From Methanothermococcus sp. Ax23 (GTDB lineage Archaea > AGJL01 > Methanococci > Methanococcales > Methanococcaceae): a stretch of DNA of 64,000 nt. Location of the stretch: NCBI RefSeq assembly GCF_049075655.1, contig NZ_CP157522.1:384001-448000 (forward strand), read 5' to 3'. The notes under the pieces were generated by a model. It made no database searches and was not told the DNA's origin. It saw only the letters and a program-made list of their open reading frames with translations. Within the stretch, counting starts at the first letter, position 1. Each line of letters begins with the position of its first letter. The position numbers and the translations under genes were made by a program. Below, piece by piece: positions 1 through 9,816 of this stretch.

Positions 1-6
1 TACATA

Positions 7-942
7 TTGGTAGTTGTAAATCTATTAAAAGATTCAAAATTTTTAGAATGGATTTCATTGTCCATATTAAGCTACACCAATAGGATTTATATAATGTTGA
101 TTGTTTTAACCTTGTTTTTGTCTTCAATAATTACAAATGACATTGCATTATTCGTAATTATTCCAATTACCGGAATAGTGTCTAAATATATTCAAATGAG
201 CAGTAGGGATTTAGAGAAGCTCTTTATATTAGAAGGAATCTCTGCAAATATTGGAAGTGCATTAACTCCTATTGGCAATCCTCAGAATCTTTTTATATTT
301 CATTATTATCAGTTGGACAGTTTTGAGTTTATAAAAAATATGATACCATATGAGCTCTGCGGAATATTGGTTCTACTACCATTTTTAAATTTCAAGGGAA
401 TAAACTCCATTCATTTTAAAAAGATGGAATTTAAGTATGAATGGATAGCATATATTTTAATATTTATTTTAGTGGTTCTTTCAGCGTTAAATATTATAAA
501 TTATATTTATTTATTTCCAATAATGGCAATTATTTTAATTTTAAAAAGAGTTAAAGTTGATTATCTGTTTCTTTTAACATTTTGTGCCTTATTTATCGAT
601 ATTGAGGGGATTAAACATTTGGGAATTATGGACTTATTTTATATACCTTGCAATGGCATTATCTTAATGGTATATTCGTCTATTCTTTCCCAAATTCTAT
701 CAAATGTCCCTACAACAATTCTACTATCGAATTTATATCCTGACTGGATTTCAATTGCCTATGGAGTTAATGTTGGGGGAAACGGAACACTAATTGCATC
801 CTTTGCAAATTTGATAACATTGAGATTATCCAATGGAAAGATTGGCGTGATTAGGTTTTTAATATTTGGAGGGCTGATATATTTATTACATTTAATTTTG
901 TTAATTATATATGTATCTGTGATAAATAAATGGACAATATAA
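7..942 (+). CDS. ArsB/NhaD/SLC13-type ion transporter permease (5' part probably upstream of the window)
   Basis: Very hydrophobic ORF with ITNDIAL, ANIGSALTPIGNPQNL, SNVP and NVGGNGTLIASFANLI motifs of the IT superfamily. Confidence 0.75.
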   Translation: MVVVNLLKDSKFLEWISLSILSYTNRIYIMLIVLTLFLSSIITNDIALFVIIPITGIVSKYIQMSSRDLEKLFILEGISANIGSALTPIGNPQNLFIFHYYQLDSFEFIKNMIPYELCGILVLLPFLNFKGINSIHFKKMEFKYEWIAYILIFILVVLSALNIINYIYLFPIMAIILILKRVKVDYLFLLTFCALFIDIEGIKHLGIMDLFYIPCNGIILMVYSSILSQILSNVPTTILLSNLYPDWISIAYGVNVGGNGTLIASFANLITLRLSNGKIGVIRFLIFGGLIYLLHLILLIIYVSVINKWTI

Positions 943-984
943 ATTAAATTAATAAAATAAATTAATACATTAATGAGGGATACT

Positions 985-2319
985 ATGGATAAGGATAATA
1001 ATAAAAATATGGATTTAATGGACGAAACTATAAAAATATCATCAGATTTAATTAAAATAAATTCAGTTAATCCGGCATTTGGTGGATTGGGGGAAATGGA
1101 AAAGGCAGAATACGTATTAACTAAATTGAATGAGTATATACAAAAGTATAATATAAAAAATTATTCAATAAAGCAATACAATACAAAGGATGATAAGGAC
1201 ATAATACGACCAAATATTGTGGCAAAGTTCGATTTTGGAAAAGATAGAACACTCCATATAATTTCTCATCTTGATACTGTTCCAGAGGGAGATTTAAATC
1301 TTTGGAACACGAATCCTTATGAGCCAGTAATTAAGGATGGGATGATATATGGAAGAGGAAGCGAAGACAACCATAAAGCAATAGTTTCATCCCTGTTATT
1401 GTTAAAAATGATTTTTGAAGATGAAAATAAAGATAAAATTCCAAAATATAATTTGTGCCTAATATTTGTATCAGATGAAGAATGCGGCAGTAATTATGGT
1501 ATTCAACATATATTAAAACTTGACAAAAACCCAAAGGGCTTTTGTAAGTCAGCGAATCCGAAGGATTCGCTTCGATATGAAAAAGAGATTTTTGATGAAA
1601 ATGATTTAATAATAATCCCAGATTTTGGAACACCTGATGGAAATTATATAGAAATAGCAGAAAAAAATATACTATGGATTAAATTTAAAATTAAAGGAAA
1701 ACAATGTCATGGAAGCACACCAAACGATGGAATAAATACCGATGTTCTAATGTTCAATTTTGCAAATAACCTTTACAATATGCTCTATACTAAATACGAC
1801 AAAAAGGATGAGTTATTTTCTCCGTCATACTCAACCTTTGAGCCTACCATGATTTTTAACAATGTTGAAAATGTGAATACCATTCCGGGATATGTGGAAT
1901 TATGCTTTGATTGTAGAATACTCCCAGATTATGATGTCGATGAGGTTTTAAAAGATATTGATGAATTTATTGGTGATTTTAAAAATAATATTGATAAATA
2001 TTTAAAATACTACGATAAAGAGGAAGAGAAAAACATATCAATTGAATATGAAATCCTACAAAAGGAGCTCTCACAAAAAACACCTGAAAACTCTGAAATA
2101 GTTGTCGAGCTCGGGGATGCCATAAAAAAGGTATTAAACAAAGAACCGATTTTATGCGGTATGGGAGGAGGCACAGTTGGAGCATTTTTAAGGGCAAAAA
2201 ACTATGATACGGTTGTTTGGGGCATTGGTGAAGAAACTGCCCATCAACCAAATGAACATATAAAACTCGAAGATTTAATAAAGATGGCTAAAACATACTA
2301 CGAAATTTTAAAAGAATGA
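985..2319 (+). CDS. M20 family metallohydrolase (DapE/ArgE-like) carrying a 19-aa in-frame insertion
   Basis: HLDTVP, YGRGSED, DEE, GKQCHGS and AHQPNE motifs; GAGG RBS before ATG 985 (track ORF starts at 973). Confidence 0.85.
   Translation: MDKDNNKNMDLMDETIKISSDLIKINSVNPAFGGLGEMEKAEYVLTKLNEYIQKYNIKNYSIKQYNTKDDKDIIRPNIVAKFDFGKDRTLHIISHLDTVPEGDLNLWNTNPYEPVIKDGMIYGRGSEDNHKAIVSSLLLLKMIFEDENKDKIPKYNLCLIFVSDEECGSNYGIQHILKLDKNPKGFCKSANPKDSLRYEKEIFDENDLIIIPDFGTPDGNYIEIAEKNILWIKFKIKGKQCHGSTPNDGINTDVLMFNFANNLYNMLYTKYDKKDELFSPSYSTFEPTMIFNNVENVNTIPGYVELCFDCRILPDYDVDEVLKDIDEFIGDFKNNIDKYLKYYDKEEEKNISIEYEILQKELSQKTPENSEIVVELGDAIKKVLNKEPILCGMGGGTVGAFLRAKNYDTVVWGIGEETAHQPNEHIKLEDLIKMAKTYYEILKE
1518..1578. 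repeat. 61-bp two-hairpin repeat, copy 1 (in-frame inside the M20 hydrolase)
   Basis: ACTTGACAAAAAC-N9-TTTTGTAAGTCAGCGAATCCGAAGGATTCGCTTCGATAT; near-identical copy at 9576-9636. Confidence 0.9.
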
Positions 2320-2373
2320 AATAATAAATAATAAAAGTAAATAAAATTAATTAATTAAACCTACGGTGATTAA

Positions 2374-2970
2374 ATGAAAATCTACTTTGCAACGGGAAAT
2401 CCAAACAAAATTAAAGAGGCTAATATTATTTTAAAGGATTTAAAGGATATATCAGTTGAGCAGATAAAATGTCCTTATCCTGAAATTCAAGGAACATTGG
2501 AAGAGGTTTCAGAATTTGGAGCAAAATATGTTTATGAAAAAATGAATTATGAAAATCATGGATTTTCAAATCCAGTGGGAAAACCAATAATTGTTGAAGA
2601 TAGTGGGTTTTTTGTGGAATCACTCAATGGATTTCCGGGGACATATTCAAAGTATGTTCAAGAAACATTAAGAAATGAAGGTATCTTAAAACTTTTGGAA
2701 GATAAGGAAGGCGACGACAGAAGAGCATATTTTAAAACAGTAATAGGATACTGTGATGAAAAGGGCGTAAAATTGTTTAAAGGAATTGTAAAAGGGATGG
2801 TTTCCTATGAAATAAGAAGCAAAGGATATGGTTTTGCATACGACAGTATTTTTATTCCAGACGGGGAAGATAGAACTTTCGCAGAGATGAAAACGGAAGA
2901 AAAAAGCGAAATATCCCATAGAAAAAAAGCGTTTGAAGAGTTTAAAAAGTTTTTATGCAATATGCAATAG
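2374..2970 (+). CDS. rdgB: dITP/XTP pyrophosphatase (RdgB/HAM1)
   Basis: [26 protein letters not shown] and SHRKKA motifs. Confidence 0.93.
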   Translation: MKIYFATGNPNKIKEANIILKDLKDISVEQIKCPYPEIQGTLEEVSEFGAKYVYEKMNYENHGFSNPVGKPIIVEDSGFFVESLNGFPGTYSKYVQETLRNEGILKLLEDKEGDDRRAYFKTVIGYCDEKGVKLFKGIVKGMVSYEIRSKGYGFAYDSIFIPDGEDRTFAEMKTEEKSEISHRKKAFEEFKKFLCNMQ

Positions 2971-3003
2971 TTTATAAATTATATACTATAATTTTTTGAT
3001 ACT

Positions 3004-3363
3004 ATGAAAACTTTTGAAATATATCCAATAGGAAGTATTAAACAGTTAGAGAATAGAACAGTTTTAAACATTTTTAAAGAATATCGTGATGGATTGGATG
3101 GATTAAAAGAAGGTATGGGGATTTTATTACTCCTATGGTTTGATAGAAGCGATACTCCAGAAAAAAGAAAGATATTGAAAGTCCATCCAAGTGGAAATCC
3201 TAACAATCCAATTAGGGGTGTGTTCTCCACAAGAGCTCCCGTTAGACCAAATCCAATAGCAGCATATACTGTCAAGATTTTAAAAATAGATGAAAATAAT
3301 ATATTTATCGAAAAAATCGATGCCTATGAGGATACGCCAATAATTGACATTAAAATAGCTTGA
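3004..3363 (+). CDS. tsaA: TsaA/TrmO-family tRNA methyltransferase (UPF0066)
   Basis: RGVFSTRAPVRPNPI and IDAYEDTPIIDIK motifs. Confidence 0.85.
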   Translation: MKTFEIYPIGSIKQLENRTVLNIFKEYRDGLDGLKEGMGILLLLWFDRSDTPEKRKILKVHPSGNPNNPIRGVFSTRAPVRPNPIAAYTVKILKIDENNIFIEKIDAYEDTPIIDIKIA

Positions 3364-3399
3364 AATTAATATAATAATTATTTAATTATATTTTATTAT

Positions 3400-4056
3400 T
3401 TATTTTTCTGCACATATAACAACAAAACTTCCTTCATCATCCTTTTCATTTAATTTAACGCGATTATATACTATATTTTTATATCCAAGTTCTTTCAGCC
3501 AGTTTAAAACTTCATTTAAAGAATAAAACGTTGCATCTTTATAGAATTTACTTTTTTCTTTTTTAGATTCATAAAATTTTCCCAGTGGGCTGTCTTTATC
3601 AATCGTGCCTATAATTAGTGTCCCGTTAGGTTTCAAAATTCTTTTTATCTCTTTGAGCCCTTTGATAGGGTCTTTTAAAAAACACAGTGTTGTGGTCATC
3701 AATACATAATCAAAGAATTCATCTTTAAATGGAATATCCTCTGCAACCCCTTCATATACATTTATTCCTCGCTTTTTTGCAATTTCTGCCATGGATTTCG
3801 AAGGTTCCAATCCATACTCAATACCCAGCGGTTCTGCAAACCTCCCAGTTCCCACCCCAATTTCTAGACCCTTCTTTTTTTCTTTGGGTTTTACAAATCT
3901 CTGATTTGTATAACCTGTTTTCCTTTTGGATTTTGGAATAAATTTCTTAACGGCGTCGAGCTCTAACTCATACATTTTCTTATTTTCATCATACCATTTA
4001 TCATATTCTTCTGCATATTCATCAAATGAAGTTTTGGAATGAGTTTTATCTGTCAT
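3400..4056 (-). CDS. Class I SAM-dependent methyltransferase with a hairpin-derived insertion
   Basis: LEIGVGTGRF motif I, AEDIPFKDEFFDYV, RILKPNG. Confidence 0.88.
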   Translation of the reverse strand: MTDKTHSKTSFDEYAEEYDKWYDENKKMYELELDAVKKFIPKSKRKTGYTNQRFVKPKEKKKGLEIGVGTGRFAEPLGIEYGLEPSKSMAEIAKKRGINVYEGVAEDIPFKDEFFDYVLMTTTLCFLKDPIKGLKEIKRILKPNGTLIIGTIDKDSPLGKFYESKKEKSKFYKDATFYSLNEVLNWLKELGYKNIVYNRVKLNEKDDEGSFVVICAEK

Positions 4057-4182
4057 ATTTTCATACTCTCTGCTTATAGTTTATTTTATTTTTTATTTAA
4101 CTTTTTATTTTTTATCAATATTATGTCTATATAACATTATATTTTTAAACTATAAACTTATAATTATCATTATGGTGATAGT

Positions 4183-4488
4183 TTGATTGAGGAAATCATT
4201 ACGGAATCAAAGGATAAGGACGGCGTTTTAATTGATGTGGAAATCTCGCCAAATGCAAAGAAGAATGAGATTGGCGGCATTAACGAATGGAGAAAAAGGC
4301 TTATCATAAAAATAAAAGCACAGCCGATAGAGGGCAAGGCAAACAAGGAGATTATAAAATTTCTCAAAAAGATATTTAAAAAAGATGTGGAGATAGTTTC
4401 TGGATTAACCTCTTCGCAAAAAACGGTTCTTGTAGTTGGAGGAAATAGGGAAGAAATAATAAATATAATTACTCGGCAGTTGAAATAA
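4183..4488 (+). CDS. DUF167/YggU (UPF0235) family protein
   Basis: ISPNAKKNEI, IKIKAQPIEGKANKEII, GLTSSQK motifs; TTG start after GGTGA. Confidence 0.85.
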   Translation: MIEEIITESKDKDGVLIDVEISPNAKKNEIGGINEWRKRLIIKIKAQPIEGKANKEIIKFLKKIFKKDVEIVSGLTSSQKTVLVVGGNREEIINIITRQLK

Positions 4489-4601
4489 TAAGACGTGAAA
4501 ATAAACCTAATCTAACTAAAAACCGTAGAAAAAGATAAAAAAGATAATAAAAAAGATAAAAAATAGATTATAAATTAAATTGATTAAAATTATGTGATAT
4601 T

Positions 4602-5789
4602 ATGGAATCTATAAATTACGCCTTAGAAACATACAGGATATGCTCACCAAAGGAAACCTGGAAAAGAATAGAACATATATTAGATAAAATAAATATTATA
4701 AATATGGAGAGAATAGACAATCTGGACAGAATAGGGATTCCAGTTTATTCTGCAACAAGATTAACTAAAAGTGGAAATGTAAAAATCCACCCTGGAAAGG
4801 GGGCAACAGATATTCAAGCAAAGGTATCCTCTGCAATGGAAGCTATTGAAAGATATTCCGCGGAATTAAGTGAAGAAGATAAAGATAAAATTATAAAAAA
4901 TCCCAATAATCCTGTGGATTTAAAGGAGCTCGTGCTTTCAAATGAAGCATATAGAAATTTAAATAAATTAAACAATATTGAATGGATTAGCGCAACCGAT
5001 ATAATCAACGATGAAACTGTTGAGGTTCCAATAGATGCAGTATTTCACCCATATCCAGGGAAACTATTTAGAAGCCATACAAACGGTATTGCATCTGGAA
5101 ACTCATTGGAAGAGGCAATTTTTCATGCTACTTTTGAGGTTATAGAACGAGATTCTTGGAGCATTTCTGAGATTTCCAAAAACACCTATAAAAAAATAAA
5201 TATAGATGGAGCAAAAAATCCAATAATACATGAGCTCATGGAAAAGTTTGAAAATGCCAACATAAATGTAGTATTGAAAGATTTAACCAGTGAAGTGGGT
5301 ATTCCAACAGTGGCTGCTGTGTCGGATGAAGACGTTTTAAAAGACCCTGCTCTTTTATGTATTGGTGTAGGCTGTCATATCCATCCAGAGATTGCAGTAA
5401 TTAGAGCATTAACTGAGGTTGTTCAGAGTAGAGCAACGCAAATACAGAATAAGAGGGATGATACAATAAGGGGGGATATCGTAAGGAAAATAGATTACGA
5501 TAGGATGAAAAAGATACATAAAAAATGGTTTGAACATAACGATGAGATAAATATAGAGGATATGGAAAATAATGCGAAATTTAACCTAAAAAAAGACCTG
5601 AATACAATTAAAGAAAAGCTAATTGGTTCTGGGTTTGATAGATTAATTGTTGTGGACTTGAAAAAAACCGATGTAGATGTTGTGAGAGTCATAATTCCAA
5701 AAATGGAAGTCTATTGCATGGATAGGGATAGAGTATCTCCGTGGATAAGAGATAGAATTAAAAAGATAAAAAATGAAAATAAGAATTAA
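4602..5789 (+). CDS. ycaO: YcaO-family protein (McrA glycine thioamidation)
   Basis: GKGAT..QAKVSSAMEAIERY, TNGIASGNSLEEAIFHATFEVIERD and RALTEVVQSR motifs; methanogen context. Confidence 0.85.
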   Translation: MESINYALETYRICSPKETWKRIEHILDKINIINMERIDNLDRIGIPVYSATRLTKSGNVKIHPGKGATDIQAKVSSAMEAIERYSAELSEEDKDKIIKNPNNPVDLKELVLSNEAYRNLNKLNNIEWISATDIINDETVEVPIDAVFHPYPGKLFRSHTNGIASGNSLEEAIFHATFEVIERDSWSISEISKNTYKKINIDGAKNPIIHELMEKFENANINVVLKDLTSEVGIPTVAAVSDEDVLKDPALLCIGVGCHIHPEIAVIRALTEVVQSRATQIQNKRDDTIRGDIVRKIDYDRMKKIHKKWFEHNDEINIEDMENNAKFNLKKDLNTIKEKLIGSGFDRLIVVDLKKTDVDVVRVIIPKMEVYCMDRDRVSPWIRDRIKKIKNENKN

Positions 5790-5815
5790 TTCAGCAAAAT
5801 TTTATCATTTTTTTA

Positions 5816-6262
5816 TTATTCCATTATTTTAATATCGAACTGGCAAAAATCATCTCCCAGTCCTGCACAGTGGGTTTCTTTTGCCTGAATACTTTTATTA
5901 AATACTTTTTCTAAACATCCTGCAATGAAACCACCTTCAAACCAGCAAAGGGATTCATTGCATTCGGGTAGCCCACTGCAACTTATACATTCATCAACCC
6001 TAATTTGTAATGGGTCTTCACTAACTATCTCGATTTTTCCTATTTTATAGTCTTCGCAAAATTTAACGATATCATCAATAGTTTTTGGGTTGAGGGATTT
6101 TCCCAATTCTTTTCCAGCATGGTATATTATACCGTTTGCCCCTCGACCCATGTATCTTTCCAAATCCATGAATCTTATCAATCTAAAAACTGTTATATCT
6201 ATGTCTCTGCCTAAATCTTTTCTATTCTCTGATGAAAGCTGATTTATATCAAATTTTACCAT
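5816..6262 (-). CDS. V4R (4-vinyl reductase) domain protein
   Basis: ECISCSGLP, LCWFEGGFIAG and ETHCAGLGDDFCQF; probable ATG at 6262. Confidence 0.85.
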   Translation of the reverse strand: MVKFDINQLSSENRKDLGRDIDITVFRLIRFMDLERYMGRGANGIIYHAGKELGKSLNPKTIDDIVKFCEDYKIGKIEIVSEDPLQIRVDECISCSGLPECNESLCWFEGGFIAGCLEKVFNKSIQAKETHCAGLGDDFCQFDIKIME

Positions 6263-6461
6263 GAAATCACACACTATTGTAAATTTGGTAGGGTTATTCT
6301 GAAAATTATGCACATGTGTAAAATTAACAGAAATAACTATGTTTAGGAGATATATAAATATTTCATTTTTTTTAATAATCATATTTAAATAATTAATAAT
6401 ATCTATCAAATATTAAAATACATCCATTAAAAAAATAAATTATAAATTGTATTAGTTAAAA

Positions 6462-7511
6462 TTAATTCATTTTACAATTAAATATTCCAATAACCTCTAA
6501 TTTTTTTAAACATTCCAACAAGTCCTCTTTTTTAACATCATCCACTAAAACTACCACAATCCCACCACCGCCCGCACCTGAGAGTTTTGCACCATACCCA
6601 TATTTTTTCCCAGCTTCTACAACCTCATCCATCTTTTCAGTAGATACACCCAATTGTTTTAATAATTCATGGTTTTTTACCATCAATTTGCCCAACTCTT
6701 CCACGCTGTTTATGAGCTCCGCCTTATCAACAATTTCACCAATGGACTTAAATATCTCATTCTTTTTTGGATGATTTGCAACCTCATTTACGAGCTCCGC
6801 TGTTTTTTTCTTTCGTTCCTCAACATGGACTATTAAGAAATTACATTTTTTAAGTAGATTGTATAGGTTGGAGTCATTCATTGGTTCGATGTTATTATTT
6901 TTAATTTTTAATATGGTGCCGTATGTGATAGTTGCAGTATCTGTTATGCTGGCTTTTCCCTGAACTTCCTTTTCAACAGAGTATGCTATTTTAGCTATTT
7001 CATCATCTGGTAGCGTTATATCGTTTGCATGCAAAAATGACTTAATCACTGTAATAATTACAGAAGCCGATGAACCTAAACCACAGCTTACGGGAATATT
7101 TGAAAAAATATTTAGCTTAAAGGATTTTAAACTACTACCACCTAAATCATTGAAATTTAACAAATTTTTTTCAATTAAATAATTTGCAACATTTTTTAAA
7201 GAACATACAACATATTTCAAATCATTTTCATAATCGTATATATTTATATTTGGAATATCTTTAATATTTACCTCAATACATCTGTTTAGGTCTTTCAAAT
7301 TTATAGTTATTTTTTCACTGTCGGAGCTCCTGCTAATTTCCCCCCTAGTTTTTAAATTAACTGCCATTGAAATTGCTCCATACCCATCAACTACTGCATG
7401 TTCTCCAAATAGTATAATTTTGGAAGGAGTTTCAATAATATTGTTTTTGTTGTTTTTGTTTTTATCCTCATCTTTATTTTTATTAATTTCACTATTAAAA
7501 ACGCTATCCAT
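6462..7511 (-). CDS. mvk: Mevalonate kinase
   Basis: PSKIILFGEHAVVDG, PVSCGLGSSA and AKLSGAGGGG GHMP motifs. Confidence 0.92.
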   Translation of the reverse strand: MDSVFNSEINKNKDEDKNKNNKNNIIETPSKIILFGEHAVVDGYGAISMAVNLKTRGEISRSSDSEKITINLKDLNRCIEVNIKDIPNINIYDYENDLKYVVCSLKNVANYLIEKNLLNFNDLGGSSLKSFKLNIFSNIPVSCGLGSSASVIITVIKSFLHANDITLPDDEIAKIAYSVEKEVQGKASITDTATITYGTILKIKNNNIEPMNDSNLYNLLKKCNFLIVHVEERKKKTAELVNEVANHPKKNEIFKSIGEIVDKAELINSVEELGKLMVKNHELLKQLGVSTEKMDEVVEAGKKYGYGAKLSGAGGGGIVVVLVDDVKKEDLLECLKKLEVIGIFNCKMN

Positions 7512-8917
7512 TATCCCCACCTTCTAAGCCTCTTCAATACAACAACATCTTTATTGCTCACTTCCCCATTAAATTCAGCGGTCAAATATCCTTTTGTTCC
7601 AAAGGAGCCTTTTATTTTGCCTTTTATGTTTTTTTCTGGAATAATTATTTCCTCTCCAATGAGTTTTTCAGCGGAAGGTTTTGAGTTTGCTAATCCTTCA
7701 ATAAATATTCTATTTTTATCTATTTTTATGGTTCCAGTTCTCTCAACCTCTTTTTTAATATTTAGGTCTTTTATTCCCACAAAATCAACTATTTCACCTT
7801 TACCACATATCCTAAGTGTTGTAGGCGGCAAATCCAACCGTGTTATAAGTATATTGTCCCCTAATTCTGCCATTACCTTTTCATCCAGTTCAAATGCACA
7901 GTAGCATTCATCCCCTTTTGCAATCTCCTTTAAAATTATATTTTCGGTTTTTCCGTTAATCTCCATCTTTTTAAATGGAACGGCAATTGCAGGAACAATT
8001 AACATTCCAACATTTAAATGAACCTTCATTTTTGGCTTTAAATTATACCTAAATATATCTGATATTTTTATTTTTGCCACGATTTTATCAACGATTTTTA
8101 ATTTAGTATCTTTTGATGTTAAGACGCAACCTCTAAACACCTGTTTTGCATCAACGCCGTGAAGTGCCATTCCAACCCTATCGCCCGCGTATGCCTCCTT
8201 CACATCCTTTTTGAATCTTTGAATACTTTTAACTTTTACATCCTCCATATTTAACGGCAAAATCTTCAATTCATCGCCAACTTTTACGCTACCTTTTAAT
8301 ATTGTTCCAGTGATTACAGTGCCTATACCCTTTATTGGAAAGGCATGGTCTATGGGCATTTTAAAATAATCTTCTGTATTTCTAACAATATCCATACTGT
8401 CAAGGGTTTCCTTTATAGTGTTTTTCAAGTCATCTATTCCTATATTCTCCTTTGCAGAAATCTTTAATATTTTGCTACCTTTTAGGTTTTCCGTTGAATT
8501 TAAAACAGCATTTACAAATGTTTCTGTCCTTTTTATATCTTCATCTGATGCTATATCCATCTTGGTTAAAACCACAATTGTAGGTATTTTAAAATAATCG
8601 AGTATAAGAAGATGCTCCCCAGTCTGCGTTTTTGGCCCCTCTCTTGCATCTACAACCAGAAGTGCCAAATCGATAATATCTGCGGCACTAACTACCGCCT
8701 TTATTAAATCCGCATGTCCTGGTGCATCTACAAGAGTGATTAGATAATCGTCTATGCTAAATGATGAAAAACCAATATCTATTGTAATTCCTCTCTTTTT
8801 AGATTCTGGAAGTCTATCAAGAGATGATGTGGAAGCTATTTCCGTTAAAACTCTCGCCAGTGATGTTTTCCCGTGGTCTATATGTCCAAATATTCCCAAG
8901 TTTATGTTCTTAACCAT
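7511..8917 (-). CDS. selB: Selenocysteine-specific translation elongation factor SelB
   Basis: GHIDHGKT, RGITIDIGFSSF, DAPGH GTPase motifs; archaeal SelB length and C-terminal domain. Confidence 0.9.
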   Translation of the reverse strand: MVKNINLGIFGHIDHGKTSLARVLTEIASTSSLDRLPESKKRGITIDIGFSSFSIDDYLITLVDAPGHADLIKAVVSAADIIDLALLVVDAREGPKTQTGEHLLILDYFKIPTIVVLTKMDIASDEDIKRTETFVNAVLNSTENLKGSKILKISAKENIGIDDLKNTIKETLDSMDIVRNTEDYFKMPIDHAFPIKGIGTVITGTILKGSVKVGDELKILPLNMEDVKVKSIQRFKKDVKEAYAGDRVGMALHGVDAKQVFRGCVLTSKDTKLKIVDKIVAKIKISDIFRYNLKPKMKVHLNVGMLIVPAIAVPFKKMEINGKTENIILKEIAKGDECYCAFELDEKVMAELGDNILITRLDLPPTTLRICGKGEIVDFVGIKDLNIKKEVERTGTIKIDKNRIFIEGLANSKPSAEKLIGEEIIIPEKNIKGKIKGSFGTKGYLTAEFNGEVSNKDVVVLKRLRRWG

Positions 8918-9069
8918 GATATCCCTTAAATTTATATTTTATTAAAAATAATATAGAATAATATAGAATAGGAATAATTATAAAATAATAACCGTCTATT
9001 TATAGAGTGATTATTTATAAGGTAGTTTATAGTAATGTGCTTATATTAATTATAACTTATGGTGATATA

Positions 9070-9555
9070 TTGATACCTGATTCATTGAAAAAAGAAATAT
9101 TAATAATGGGATGTGGCAATTTATTATTTGCAGATGATGGATTTGGATATGAAGTAATTACACGACTGGAAAAAATGGAGCTCCCAGAAAATGTTGAAAT
9201 AATTGACGCTGGAACTGGCGGTTCGTTCTATTTGATGTCAATAATGGATGGAGAATGCAAGGTTAAAAAAATAATAATCGTTGATATTATTGATTTTGGT
9301 TTGCCCCCTGGAACATTGAAAAAGTTTGGTGTGGAGGAGCTCCCAAATATTGATAAATATAACTTTGATGCTCACGACCTTCCACTTGCACCTTATTTGA
9401 TAGATGCCGATAAAAAAGGTATAGATATCGTAATAATTGGATGTCAGGCAAAAGAAGTATCCAATCCCGACATTAAGATAGGTTTGACTGATGAAGTCAA
9501 AAATTCCCTTGATGATGCAATTAAAATGGTTTTAGAGGAAATTAACAAAAAATAG
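9070..9555 (+). CDS. frhD: F420-reducing hydrogenase maturation protease FrhD
   Basis: GCGNLLFADDGFG, IIDAGTGG and DAHD motifs; TTG start after GGTGA. Confidence 0.85.
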   Translation: MIPDSLKKEILIMGCGNLLFADDGFGYEVITRLEKMELPENVEIIDAGTGGSFYLMSIMDGECKVKKIIIVDIIDFGLPPGTLKKFGVEELPNIDKYNFDAHDLPLAPYLIDADKKGIDIVIIGCQAKEVSNPDIKIGLTDEVKNSLDDAIKMVLEEINKK

Positions 9556-9575
9556 GATTTTTATTTTTTTATTTT

Positions 9576-9636
9576 ACTTGACAAAAACACTTCAAGTTTT
9601 TGTAAGTCAGCGAATCCGAAGGACTCGCTTCGATAT
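9576..9636. repeat. 61-bp two-hairpin repeat, copy 2 (intergenic)
   Basis: Matches 1518-1578 except for the apical segment of hairpin 1 and one base in hairpin 2. Confidence 0.9.
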
Positions 9637-9657
9637 ATTTATTTTTATTTTTTTCCA

Positions 9658-9742
9658 TTGTGTGATTAAATTATTCACACAATCGTAATGTTTATATACC
9701 ATTAAATTTACTTATTAATATGTGATTAAATTATTCACACAT
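9658..9742 (+). promoter_or_regulatory. fsr promoter: TATA box flanked by two identical palindromic operator-like sites
   Basis: TGTGATTAAATTATTCACAC at 9661-9680 and 9721-9740 (60 bp apart) with TTTATATA between them. Confidence 0.7.
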
Positions 9743-9816
9743 GACCCAATCTAGCTTATATTACTTACTGTATAAATATTTTTAATATTTAATATTTTCC
9801 AACAAAGGTGGTAAAA

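Noticed and set aside
6304-6325. Palindrome AATT-A-TGCACATGTGTA-A-AATT upstream of the V4R gene
   Set aside because: Single imperfect copy; cannot distinguish an operator, a decayed hairpin insert and chance
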